From contig CAWGAA010000002.1 of assembly GCA_963820525.1 (NCBI GenBank), positions 492,568-556,567 of the forward strand: DNA of 64,000 nt. The letters run 5' to 3'. A model generated the notes under the pieces. The model was not told where the DNA came from. It saw nothing but the letters and a program-made list of their open reading frames with translations, and did not search any database. A program made the position numbers and the translations under genes. Positions 1 through 9,386 of the stretch are shown piece after piece. Numbering within the stretch: the stretch's first letter is position 1; each line of letters begins with the position of its first letter. This DNA is from an uncultured Spirochaetota bacterium (lineage in GTDB: Bacteria; Spirochaetota; Spirochaetia; SZUA-6; Fen-1364).

Positions 1-912
1 TCCAAGGATATAGGACATGCCAAGCTCGTCACTTTCAAGTTTCTCGATCGTCTCTGCGCTTATCATCCCTCGGTCGGCCACCACGCAGACCGAGGCGATG
101 GCGAAGCGGCTCTTCAGTCGCTCGACCACCGGGATAAGGGAGGTGACATCGGTGAGGTTCCCTGGCCACAGCTCGCAGCAGATCGGCCGCCCAGCGCCGT
201 CCAGCACCGCGCCGACCACCATCTGTTTCAGGTCGGGTCTGTGGTCCTTGCTGTGCCCGTACTGTCCCAGGCTTTCTCCCCCTTGCCCCTCGAAGTACAG
301 GCTCGTGGTGTCGAAGAACACCAGCTCCAACTCGCTGAACAGATCGCGGTTACGGCGAAAAAGCTCCTCTTCGATGAGGTCCTTTCGGCATCGCAGGCTT
401 CGCGCATCATGGCCGAGCTGGATGCTCTGTTCTCCCAGCCAGCCCATGGCGCGGTAGAGGTGATGAAGCTCGATTCCCTCTGTCCCGCTGATCTGGAAAT
501 CCTCTTTCCAGCGCTCTGCCGCGCGGTCGCTTCCCGGATCGAAGAGGCGGTGCAGCACGGTGAGGAAGATCGCCCGTTCCAAGGAGAAGCGCCATGGGCG
601 AGCGGCCACTTGGCCCTTTATCGCCTCTTTGATCCCCAACTGCTGCCACAATCGGTCGAAGAGAAGGGCGGGACCGATGGACAGTGTGCGGTGCGCTTGG
701 ATGGTGCCCTCGCGGTGAGCATCGATGATCGTTCGAATCGAGGAGAACTTCGCCAGCGATCGGGTGAGGGCATCGATCTTGCCTGATGCGGTGAGTGCAT
801 CCAGTTGGCCGAGGGTGGTGAGGACACGTTGTTTGACCTTTTTTCCCTCACGCTTGCTTTCAACGATCTGAAGGTACTTGTATCCGTGCGAGTTCTTGAT
901 GCGGACGAACAT
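1..912 (-). CDS. IS1634-family transposase (N-terminal part; runs off window start)
   Basis: Hand translation from ATG at 912: MFVRIKNSHGYKYLQIVESKREGKKVKQRVLTTLG...LVFFDTTSLYFEG...GHSKDHRPDLKQ...VVADRGM, typical IS1634 DDE motifs. Absent from the ORF track because it has no stop in the window. Confidence 0.9.
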   Translation of the reverse strand, partial: MFVRIKNSHGYKYLQIVESKREGKKVKQRVLTTLGQLDALTASGKIDALTRSLAKFSSIRTIIDAHREGTIQAHRTLSIGPALLFDRLWQQLGIKEAIKGQVAARPWRFSLERAIFLTVLHRLFDPGSDRAAERWKEDFQISGTEGIELHHLYRAMGWLGEQSIQLGHDARSLRCRKDLIEEELFRRNRDLFSELELVFFDTTSLYFEGQGGESLGQYGHSKDHRPDLKQMVVGAVLDGAGRPICCELWPGNLTDVTSLIPVVERLKSRFAIASVCVVADRGMISAETIEKLESDELGMSYILG

Positions 913-1094
913 TGCCTGCCCCCCCTCTACGGATACTACCATGAAGAGGACATCTATGCAAGTATTCTCTTCATAAATTGCCAATTCGGTGGCACTACAT
1001 AAAGCGGTCCAGTTGTAAAAAAACCTTCAAATTCCCTGCAAATTCGAGGGGTACGGCTTCCTGGAGACGCTCAAAGTGTCGAAGATGGGTCTAG
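1..1094 (-). mobile_element. IS1634-family insertion sequence, 5' end (boundary approximate)
   Basis: Transposase plus AT-richer upstream segment ending ...GTGTCGAAGATGGGTCTAG. The other end is outside the window. Confidence 0.65.
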
Positions 1095-1181
1095 CACACT
1101 GGCCTTGGCAGCAGTCTCGACGAGGCTTTCGAGTGTGGCGTCCGCGTTGACGCCGTATGGGCTGCGTGAGAGCCAGCTGTC

Positions 1182-1243
1182 ATGTCCAGCGAGCGGCGGG
1201 TCCGGGCGCACATCTTCGTGGCGGCGTTGGCGGGGCTTTCTAG
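1182..1243 (+). pseudogene. Short remnant of a second IS1634-type transposase (C-terminal motif)
   Basis: Peptide ERRVRAHIFVAALA matches the IS1634 C-terminal 'RvrAHifv' motif, in the opposite orientation to the upstream transposase. Confidence 0.5.
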
Positions 1244-1273
1244 GAGGCACTGCGCGACCATCTGCTCAGCCAC

Positions 1274-2053
1274 TCACCCCAAGTATTCCCTCTCAATGAA
1301 CGCCATCAGGTCCGCCGGAGCCATGACGGGGATCTTGCCGCCGGAGAGCCACTCCGGCTTGACGTATCCCCACGAGGCCAGGAAGACCTCGACGTTGGGA
1401 TTGGCATTCTCCTTGAGGTGGTCGATTTGATCGTCCACAAACACGGCTCGGGGGAAGCCGCCTTCGACGCGCAAGGCCTCCACCCGCGCGAGCTTCTCGC
1501 GGGCCGCGCTTTCGTGGATGTGGCCCGCCGGGAGCCGTATCTGCGCGTGCATGAGTATCTCCGCGATGAACTGCGCCTTCTTCGTGGAGAGGATGTGCAC
1601 GGGGGCTTCCTGGGGGAGCCGGGCGAACATCGTGAGGATGTGGGGATAGACCGGGTTGAGCGAGAGCCAGAACTCCCTGTCCCGGGCCAGAAGATCCGTG
1701 CGGGCTTTGATGAAGAGCTCCCTGAAGAGGCGCATTTTCTCGGGGCCTGCCGCGGCGATGAGCTCGTCGAACCCGGCCTGGTCCGACACGGCCTTTCCCT
1801 CGTGGAGGATTTCCTGGATCAGCATGTAGTCCTCCGCCGTTCTGATGAACGGCCGAAGCCGGGCAAAGTCGTTTCGAAGCGTCACGGGAACGTGGGGGGG
1901 ATGGATGCCTTTGGCGAGGCTGAAGTACCCGATCCAGGAGCTGATGAAACACTCGTCCAGGGAATCGCAGATCACCCCGTCGAAGTCGAGGACGAGCAGA
2001 GGCAGCGCCCTTCCCGCGACGCCCTTCTCCGGTCCGCCGAAAACCATTTTCAC
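1274..2053 (-). CDS. HAD-superfamily hydrolase
   Basis: LVLDFDGVICDS motif I, LSTK motif II, FVDD motif IV, LASWGY. Confidence 0.85.
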   Translation of the reverse strand: MKMVFGGPEKGVAGRALPLLVLDFDGVICDSLDECFISSWIGYFSLAKGIHPPHVPVTLRNDFARLRPFIRTAEDYMLIQEILHEGKAVSDQAGFDELIAAAGPEKMRLFRELFIKARTDLLARDREFWLSLNPVYPHILTMFARLPQEAPVHILSTKKAQFIAEILMHAQIRLPAGHIHESAAREKLARVEALRVEGGFPRAVFVDDQIDHLKENANPNVEVFLASWGYVKPEWLSGGKIPVMAPADLMAFIEREYLG

Positions 2054-2198
2054 TCCTCCTCCAACGGTCTCCCGTTTTTAAGGTACTACGGGCGGGTGTG
2101 GCGATGAAAGGGGAGGGGGCGAACACCGGCTTACGCCATCCGTGCCCGTTGTTTCATCACGTGTACCTCGCCGACCTTTTTTCAGCTATGATGAGTCC

Positions 2199-3575
2199 AT
2201 GGCGGATTTCACTTTTCAGGACTTCCTCTCCCGCTTCGACGCCGCGGGCCGCCTCGACTGCTCCTGCGGCATGGTCCATCGGGTGGCGGCTCGCGAGGTC
2301 ATTGTAGGTGATGCCGCCATCGACGAGTCGGCCGAGGTGCTGAGGCGGATCTACGGAAGAGCCCCTGTCATCTGGGTCTTGAGCGACGAGAACACGGAAG
2401 CCGCCGCCGGCAGCCGGTTCAAGTCCGCCGTGCGGGATTCCCGAATCGTCTCGCGGATCCTCCCGGGGTCCCCCAAGCCCGTGCCAAGCCAGGAGTTGGT
2501 GAACGAGCTGGCGGGCGACGCGCGGAGGGCTTCGCCCCGCCTCCTTGTCGGAGTGGGAAGCGGCGTGATCAGCGACCTGGTGAAGAAGGTCTCCCTCGAC
2601 TGCGGAGTGCCGAACTGGAGCGTGGCCACGGCGGCATCGGTTGACGCATACAGCTCAGCAACCTCCGCCATCCGCGTTGGCGGCTACCACAAGGCGGTGC
2701 CCGCCGCCCCCTCCCAGGCCATCATCTGCCCGCTTCCCGTCATCGCGAATGCGCCGCGCCTCCTCGTGCTGTCGGGCCTGGGGGACCTGCTCGCCAAGCT
2801 CATCGCGCACCTGGATTGGAACCTCGGCAGGCTCATTACGGGCGAGCATTACTGCCCCCTGATCGCCGCATTCGCGCTTGAGGCGGCGCGAAAGGCGCTC
2901 GCGGCCGCGCGCTCGTCCGAAAGTGACGCGCGGGAGGCGGCCTACTGTCTCACGGATGCCGTTCTTGTCTCGGGGTTTGCCATGCAGGCGTCGGGCGGGT
3001 CGCGGCCCGCGGCTTCGGCGGAGCACACAATCGCCCACTTCTGGGAGTCGGCGCTCGCCGTGGGAAAAGAGGAGTATGACTTGCATGGGATCCTCGTCGG
3101 CGCGGCGAGCAGGCTGGTTTCCAGCGCCTACTCTTCGTTCTACGACGCGCTCTCCCGGGACGGGCCGCACGTAGCCGCGGCTGCGACGGCTGAAAGGCTT
3201 GCCTCCTTCGAGCGAGAACTGCCGTGGGTGGAAAGCCTAGAGGAGGGTCTGCGGCCGTTTGAAGCGGGCATCGCCGAGGTCATGCGAAAACGGGTTCTTG
3301 ACCGGTCCATTCTTACCTCAAGGATCGAAGCCTTCGGCAGGGCGGGCAAGGAGATCCTCGATCTCGCTCTCCCCCTCCTGGCCGAGCTGGGCAAGGCGAT
3401 CCGAGTCCTGGACGGCCTCGGCTTCCCCTTCAGCCTCGACGAGCTTGGAATCTCCGAGCCGCTGCGGCTTCTTCCCGTTCGCAATGTGCGCCTATTGAGA
3501 GACCGCTACACGACCTTCGATCTGGCGTATGAGCTGGGACGTGAGGGGGAATTGACGGGAGGGGGCGCCCCTTAA
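2199..3575 (+). CDS. sn-glycerol-1-phosphate dehydrogenase-like (AraM/EgsA family)
   Basis: N-terminal CSCGMVH, GVGSGVISDLVK, TAASVDAYSS, SRPAASAEH, LHG metal ligands. Confidence 0.8.
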   Translation: MADFTFQDFLSRFDAAGRLDCSCGMVHRVAAREVIVGDAAIDESAEVLRRIYGRAPVIWVLSDENTEAAAGSRFKSAVRDSRIVSRILPGSPKPVPSQELVNELAGDARRASPRLLVGVGSGVISDLVKKVSLDCGVPNWSVATAASVDAYSSATSAIRVGGYHKAVPAAPSQAIICPLPVIANAPRLLVLSGLGDLLAKLIAHLDWNLGRLITGEHYCPLIAAFALEAARKALAAARSSESDAREAAYCLTDAVLVSGFAMQASGGSRPAASAEHTIAHFWESALAVGKEEYDLHGILVGAASRLVSSAYSSFYDALSRDGPHVAAAATAERLASFERELPWVESLEEGLRPFEAGIAEVMRKRVLDRSILTSRIEAFGRAGKEILDLALPLLAELGKAIRVLDGLGFPFSLDELGISEPLRLLPVRNVRLLRDRYTTFDLAYELGREGELTGGGAP

Positions 3576-4027
3576 TCTATGCGATCCTGCTTCTGCAGGG
3601 ACGACTCGGATTTCCGGCCGCCGTTTTTTTCCATGATGTCGCTCAAGCTGATTTTACTGAAGTAATCCCCGATGCGATCATAGAGCCCCGTCCAGATTTC
3701 ATGGGCCGGGCAGGCCTCGGTTCGCGCGCAGAGCACCTTGCGCCTCAGGGTGCAGGGAGTCAGGCCGCCGGTTTCTCCCACGGCATCGAGGATGTCCTTG
3801 ACGGTGATTTCCGCCGGCTTGCGGTTCAGGACGAATCCCCCGCCGGGGCCCCTGATCGAGCGGATGAGCCCCGCTTTCTTCAGCTTGAAGAAGATCTGCT
3901 CGAGGAACTCCGATGAAACTTTCTCGCAGTCCGCGATGCTGCTGATGGAGACGGGCTTGTCGCTTCTCGCCATCGCGAGGTTTATGACGGCGCGAAGCCC
4001 GTAGCGGCCTTTTGTCGTGATTCTCAT
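3572..4027 (-). CDS. Rrf2-family transcriptional regulator (three Cys, probably Fe-S binding)
   Basis: MRITTKGRYGLRA, FLEQIF, SIRGPGGGF, C-x6-C-x5-C-x2-H. Confidence 0.92.
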   Translation of the reverse strand: MRITTKGRYGLRAVINLAMARSDKPVSISSIADCEKVSSEFLEQIFFKLKKAGLIRSIRGPGGGFVLNRKPAEITVKDILDAVGETGGLTPCTLRRKVLCARTEACPAHEIWTGLYDRIGDYFSKISLSDIMEKNGGRKSESSLQKQDRID

Positions 4028-4111
4028 TCCAGGCTCGGCTCCATTCAGTTTATATTAGTATTTATGTAATATATATTCAAGAGGGAACGCTCGACGTTTT
4101 CTTCGCGATGA

Positions 4112-4140
4112 TTGACCCTCGGGGGAGCGGCAACTATAAT
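4112..4140 (+). promoter_or_regulatory. sigma70-type promoter for the gltX-glyQS-tyrS operon
   Basis: TTGACC-17 bp-TATAAT. Confidence 0.75.
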
Positions 4141-4172
4141 CGATCAACTTTCGTGAGGAGGTCTCTTCCACT

Positions 4173-5641
4173 TTGAACGTCCGCGTCCGCTACGCGCCCT
4201 CTCCGACGGGGCTTCAGCACATCGGGAGCGTGCGCACCGCGCTCTATAACTATCTCTTCGCCCGATCCCAGGGGGGAAAGCTCATTCTCCGCATCGAGGA
4301 CACGGACAGGACCCGCATCGTGGAGGAGGCGCTCCAGGACATCTACGACAGCTACTCGTGGCTTGGCTTCCATTGGGACGAGGGGCCCGACGTGGGAGGC
4401 CCCAAGGGGCCGTACTTCCAGTCCCAGCGCGTCGAGCTGTACCGCTCTCATGCAGAAAAGCTCATCGAGAAGGGCTTCGCGTACCGCTGCTACTGCTCGC
4501 CGGAGAGGCTGGAGAAGCTGCGGGAAGAGCAGGCCGCAAAGAAGCTGCCGATCGGCTACGACGGGCACTGCCGCACCCTCACGGAAGCGGAGCGTCGGGA
4601 GGCGGAGGACAAGGGCATCCGGCCCGTGATCCGTCTCAAGGTCCCGCGGGATGAAAGTACGACGTACCCCGATCTCCTTCTGGGCGAGATCACCGTGGCC
4701 AACAGGGACGTGAATCCCGATCCGGTGATGATCAAGTCCGATGGGTTTCCCACCTACCACATGGCGAACGTCGTTGACGATCACCTCATGGAGATCACGC
4801 ACGTGATGCGGGCCCAGGAGTGGCTCCCGTCGACGCCCCTTCACGTCATCCTCTATCGCGCTTTCGGCTGGGAGCACCCCAACTTCTGCCACCTGCCCCT
4901 CATCCTGGGCAAGGACGGCCAGAAGTTGTCCAAGAGGCATGGCGCCACGAGCCTGCGCGAGTTCATCCGGCAGGGGTATCTGCCCGAAGCGCTGATAAAC
5001 TACCTTGCCCTTCTGGGTTGGGCCTACGACGACTCGACGCAGTTCTTCAGCCTGAAAGAGCTGGAGAAGCTCTTCAGCCTCGAGCGGCTGAACAAGGCGC
5101 CCGCCGTTTTCGACTACCAGAAGCTGGAGTGGTACAACGGGAGCTATATCAGGAAGAAGAGCGCGGAAGAGCTCGCCGCCTCCATCCGGCCGCTGCTCAC
5201 GGAAGCGGGGTTCCTTATGGGGGCCCTTCCCTGGAGGAGAAGGTAGCGGGTATCGTCCCCCTTGTTCGGGAGCGCGTGAAGCTGCTCTCGGAGGCGCCGG
5301 CCATGGTCCGCTTCATCTTCCAGGACATCCCGGTCCCTCCGGCCGATGAGCTGATCCCCAAGAAGGCGGACCCGTCGAAGATGGTGGAGGCGTTGAAGAG
5401 GGCCGACGAGCTTCTCCAACGCTTCTCGGACAACGACGCGGAAAACGAGGAGCGCTTCAGGGCCCTGGCCGAAGAGCTGGGGATGAAGCTCGCCGACCTT
5501 CTCATGCCCCTGCGCGTCGCGGTGACCGGATCGCGCGTCTCGCCGCCGCTTTTTGCGAGCATCCGCCTCGTGGGAATCGCGAGGAGCAGGGCGCGGGTGG
5601 CCGGGGCGATCGAGGAACTGGAAAAAAGGACAAGGAGCTAA
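4173..5641 (+). CDS. gltX: Glutamate--tRNA ligase (one-base frameshift at the G run 5219-5223, probably an assembly error)
   Basis: [17 protein letters not shown] motifs. The C-terminal anticodon domain (PLRVAVTG...SPPLF) continues in the -1 frame, and adding one G restores a single ORF. Confidence 0.93.
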
Positions 5642-5644
5642 TTG

Positions 5645-6982
5645 ATGGCCGAGCAGCTTACGATGGATACGCTCGTCTCCCTCTGCAAGAGGAGGGGATT
5701 CGTCTTTCAATCCAGCGAGATCTACGGGGGCCTCGCCTCGGCGTGGGACTACGGGCCCATGGGCGTGGAGCTGAAGAAGCGGATCCAGGAGTTCTGGTGG
5801 CGGGAGATGACGCAGCTTCACGACAACATCGTGGGCCTTGACGCGGCCATCATGATGCACCCCAGGGTCTGGGAAGCCTCGGGCCACGTGGAGAACTTCA
5901 CGGACCCCCTGGTGGACTGCAAGAAGTGCAAGAACCGCTTCCGCGCGGACCAGATTCCCGAAGAGAACATGAAGGCGCACAAGTGTCCCGAGTGCGGCGG
6001 GGAACTGACGGACGCGCGCATGTTCAACCTCATGTTCAAGACCCACATGGGCCCCCTGGAGGACGAGGCGTCCCTGATCTACCTGAGGCCGGAGACGGCC
6101 CAGGGCATCTACGTGAACTACAAGAACGTCCTTCAGACCGGCAGGGTGAAGATCCCCTTCGGCATCGCGCAGGTGGGAAAGGCCTTCAGAAACGAGATCA
6201 CGACCAAGAACTTCATCTTCCGCACCTGCGAGTTCGAGCAGATGGAGATGCAGTATTTCATCCACCCCTCCCAGGACGAGAAATGGTTCGAGCACTGGAA
6301 GGAGAAGCGGCTCCAGTACTACCTGGATCTCGGCATCAGGAAGGAGAAGCTCCGATTCCACCAGCACGGCCCCGGGGAGCTTGCCCACTATGCCAAGAAG
6401 GCCTTCGACATCGAGTACGAGTTCCCCTTCGGCTGGAAGGAGCTGGAAGGCATCCACAACAGGACGGACTATGATTTAAAGCGGCATACCGAGTACTCCG
6501 GCAAGGACCTCACCTACCTGGATGACCAGACCCGGGAGCGCTACATCCCCTATATCATCGAGACCTCAGCGGGCCTCACCCGCACCGTCCTCGTGGTGCT
6601 TGCGGATGCCTATGACGAGGAGGAGGTCGAGGGGGAGAAGAGGGTTGTGCTGCGCTTCCATCCCCGGGTGGCGCCGGTCACCGTCGGGGTATTCCCCCTG
6701 GTGAAGAAGGACGGCCTCGCCGAGCTTGCCGGAAAGCTGGAGGAGGAGCTCCGCGGCGAGTTTCGGACCTTCTATGACGAAAGCGGGGCCATCGGCCGCA
6801 GGTACCGCCGCCAGGACGAGGTGGGAACCCCCTTCTGCGTCACGGTGGATTACCAGAGCAAGGAGGACCACACCGTCACCGTCCGCTTCCGCGACTCCAT
6901 GGAGCAGGTGCGCGTGGCCATGGACCAGGTCGGCCCGACGGTGAGGCAGGCGATCAAGGACTACACGAGGAAAGGCGCGTGA
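5645..6982 (+). CDS. glyQS: Glycine--tRNA ligase (homodimeric type)
   Basis: CKRRGF, LRPETAQGI, FRNEIT, EFEQME, IGRRYRRQDEVGTP. Confidence 0.96.
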   Translation: MAEQLTMDTLVSLCKRRGFVFQSSEIYGGLASAWDYGPMGVELKKRIQEFWWREMTQLHDNIVGLDAAIMMHPRVWEASGHVENFTDPLVDCKKCKNRFRADQIPEENMKAHKCPECGGELTDARMFNLMFKTHMGPLEDEASLIYLRPETAQGIYVNYKNVLQTGRVKIPFGIAQVGKAFRNEITTKNFIFRTCEFEQMEMQYFIHPSQDEKWFEHWKEKRLQYYLDLGIRKEKLRFHQHGPGELAHYAKKAFDIEYEFPFGWKELEGIHNRTDYDLKRHTEYSGKDLTYLDDQTRERYIPYIIETSAGLTRTVLVVLADAYDEEEVEGEKRVVLRFHPRVAPVTVGVFPLVKKDGLAELAGKLEEELRGEFRTFYDESGAIGRRYRRQDEVGTPFCVTVDYQSKEDHTVTVRFRDSMEQVRVAMDQVGPTVRQAIKDYTRKGA

Positions 6983-8211
6983 GCTCGGCATTCGACACGC
7001 TCAAGGAGCGCGGGTTCGTCAGTCAGTGCTCCGACGAGGAGGGGCTTCGGAAGCTCCTGGGCTCGGAGAGGGTGACCTTCTATATCGGTTTCGACGCGAC
7101 GGCGTCCAGTCTCCACGTGGGACACCTCCAGCAGCTCATGTTCATGGCCCACCTCCAGCGCGCGGGGCACAGGCCCATCGCCTTGGTGGGCGGAGGCACT
7201 ACGCGCATCGGCGACCCGACGGGGAGAACGGAGATGCGAAAGATCCTTCCCGTGGAAACCATCGCCTCCAATGCGCTGGCCTTCAAGAAGCAGATCTCGC
7301 GCTTCCTGGACTTCTCCGAGGGCAAGGCCCTCATGCTGGACAACGCGGAGTGGCTGGCGCCGCTGAACTACATCGAGTTCCTGAGGGACATCGGCAGGCA
7401 TTTCTCGGTGAACAGGATGCTCAGCTTCGAGACGTACAAGATGCGCCTGGAGACGGGGCTCTCCTTCATCGAGTTCAACTACCAGCTCCTTCAATCCTAC
7501 GATTACCTCATGCTCTACCAGCGCTACGGCTGCCGCCTGCAGATGGGCGGCGACGACCAGTGGGGGAATATCGTTGCGGGCATGGACCTGATCCGCCGGG
7601 TGGAGGGGGCGGAAACCTTCGCGCTCACCTCTCCCCTGGTCACGCGATCCGACGGCAAGAAGATGGGAAAGTCCGAGGGCGGAGCCCTCTTCCTCGATCC
7701 CGAGATGGTGAGCCCGTACGAGTTCTACCAGTTCTGGGTGAACGTGCCCGACGCGGACGTCGCGCAGTTCCTCAAGCGATTCACCTTCCTTCCCCTGGAT
7801 GAGATCGCGGCGCTGTGCTCGACGGACGGGGAGGGGATCAACAAAGCCAAGCGGGTCCTGGCTCTCCGGATCACCGCCATGGTGCATGGGGAGAAAGCCG
7901 CCCGCGATGCCGAGGAAGCCTCCCGTGCCGCGTTCGGCGGAGGAGAGGCGGCGGATCTCTCGGGAGTCCCGTCCATGGAGATACCCCTGGCCGAGTTGAA
8001 AGACGGCATCAATATCGTGGAGCTGTTCGTGCGCGCCGGTCTCTGCGGGACCAAGAGCGATGCCCGCCGGCTGATCGCGCAGGGCGGGGCATATATCAAC
8101 AGGAAGAACATCACCGATATCGATGCCGGGGTGACGGCCGACATGGCGGAAGACGGCGCCCTGCTCCTGCGGGCGGGGAAGAAGAGGTATTTCAGGCTCA
8201 TCGTGAGGTGA
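6979..8211 (+). CDS. tyrS: Tyrosine--tRNA ligase
   Basis: GFDATASSLHVGH, QMGGDDQWGNI, KMGKS, C-terminal S4 domain. Confidence 0.96.
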   Translation: MSSAFDTLKERGFVSQCSDEEGLRKLLGSERVTFYIGFDATASSLHVGHLQQLMFMAHLQRAGHRPIALVGGGTTRIGDPTGRTEMRKILPVETIASNALAFKKQISRFLDFSEGKALMLDNAEWLAPLNYIEFLRDIGRHFSVNRMLSFETYKMRLETGLSFIEFNYQLLQSYDYLMLYQRYGCRLQMGGDDQWGNIVAGMDLIRRVEGAETFALTSPLVTRSDGKKMGKSEGGALFLDPEMVSPYEFYQFWVNVPDADVAQFLKRFTFLPLDEIAALCSTDGEGINKAKRVLALRITAMVHGEKAARDAEEASRAAFGGGEAADLSGVPSMEIPLAELKDGINIVELFVRAGLCGTKSDARRLIAQGGAYINRKNITDIDAGVTADMAEDGALLLRAGKKRYFRLIVR

Positions 8212-8234
8212 AAGGAGGACGCGGCGCCGGCCGC

Positions 8235-8798
8235 GTGAATGTGGCGCTCTGGGCAGCGAATCTGAGAAAGTATCTGCGCGCTATCGGCGCGTCGATCCAT
8301 CCCCTCCGGGCCGCCTACGAAGTCTGCGCGACACTCGTCGTATGCGTCCCGTTCCTTGTCGCGTATGTCGTGAACAGGACGGCCCCCCTCTATGTCTACC
8401 TCCTGTACCCCGCGCTCTTTCTCGTATCGCACCTGGTCTGGTTCCGGCTGCCGTTCGTGGACCGCAGGGTGCGCTGGGGCCTCTTCTGGTTCACTCTCAG
8501 CATCATCGTCGCCCTCGGTGCGGGCTTCCTCTACGCGAACTACAGGGAGTCGACGGCTCTGGCCGGGCCTCTCAGGCCCGAGGGGATCCTCTGGATCCCC
8601 CACTGGGTGAACGAATCCCTCGACGTGCCCTTCCCCACGGTGGCGGCGGTTTTCCTGATCCCTTCGGCCTGCGCGGCCGCGCTCTACTGTCTCGTTCTCG
8701 CCCTCTTCCTCGGGGCGTACCGGTCTTACAGGCAGGCAGAGCGGCGGCGCCGGGAGGGAAAGCGGACGCCTCCCGAGAACGGACCGACTCCGCCCTAG
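8235..8798 (+). CDS. Hypothetical membrane protein (about 4 TM segments; start uncertain)
   Basis: Hydrophobic 3' part of ORF 7815-8798, filling the gap after tyrS. Confidence 0.6.
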   Translation: MNVALWAANLRKYLRAIGASIHPLRAAYEVCATLVVCVPFLVAYVVNRTAPLYVYLLYPALFLVSHLVWFRLPFVDRRVRWGLFWFTLSIIVALGAGFLYANYRESTALAGPLRPEGILWIPHWVNESLDVPFPTVAAVFLIPSACAAALYCLVLALFLGAYRSYRQAERRRREGKRTPPENGPTPP

Positions 8799-9274
8799 TA
8801 TTGGCCGCGGAACGGAGTGTGACAGGCTCCGCAGGCCGCCTGGACCTTGGCGAACTGGGCCTGCGTCGCCGCCTTGTCCCCGCCGTCCGCGATTGCCATC
8901 AGGCTCTCGGCGGCGGCGTTGAGGGCCGCGGCCCCGGCCGTCACATCGGCGATCGCCGCTCCCTTGAAGAAGAACTTGTCTCCCGCCACGGGGTACACAT
9001 CGGAATAGGTATCCTTGAAGAGAATGGGAATGAAGAGAGAAGTGGCCGCGATCCCCCGCGCGCTTGAAACGACCGCCTTCACGTTGTCCGCATTGAGCTT
9101 TGCCGCGATGTCGCCCGCCAGCGCGCCCTGAGTCCCCATCAGGAACTTGCGGACGGTGACATACTGCTTGGGCGAGGCGGTATCCGGCAGGAGCGGGTCG
9201 GTCGCGAACAGGGTGGATGCCGCTCCGGCAAGCTGAACGGCCGCGAGCGCCGCCAGGATGAAACCTTTTTTCAT
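8795..9274 (-). CDS. Class II cytochrome c (cytochrome c'/c556-like), exported
   Basis: Signal peptide, helical Ala-rich body, C-terminal CGACH, N-terminal RKFLM, RBS GGAGG. Confidence 0.82.
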   Translation of the reverse strand: MKKGFILAALAAVQLAGAASTLFATDPLLPDTASPKQYVTVRKFLMGTQGALAGDIAAKLNADNVKAVVSSARGIAATSLFIPILFKDTYSDVYPVAGDKFFFKGAAIADVTAGAAALNAAAESLMAIADGGDKAATQAQFAKVQAACGACHTPFRGQY

Positions 9275-9386
9275 ACGGACCTCCTGCAAAATGGAACGTT
9301 TCTTTCTCTTTTTTCAATATACTGGCGGCGGGCGCCGGCGTGACCGACGATTGCGCAACCTCTTGCCATTGCCGTATCTTCTCTTC

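Noticed and set aside
17-786. Plus-strand ORFs at the window start
   Set aside because: They are antisense to the IS1634 transposase.
4173-5641. Split or programmed-frameshift gltX
   Set aside because: No slippery heptamer is evident, and the same homopolymer-deletion pattern occurs in two other genes.
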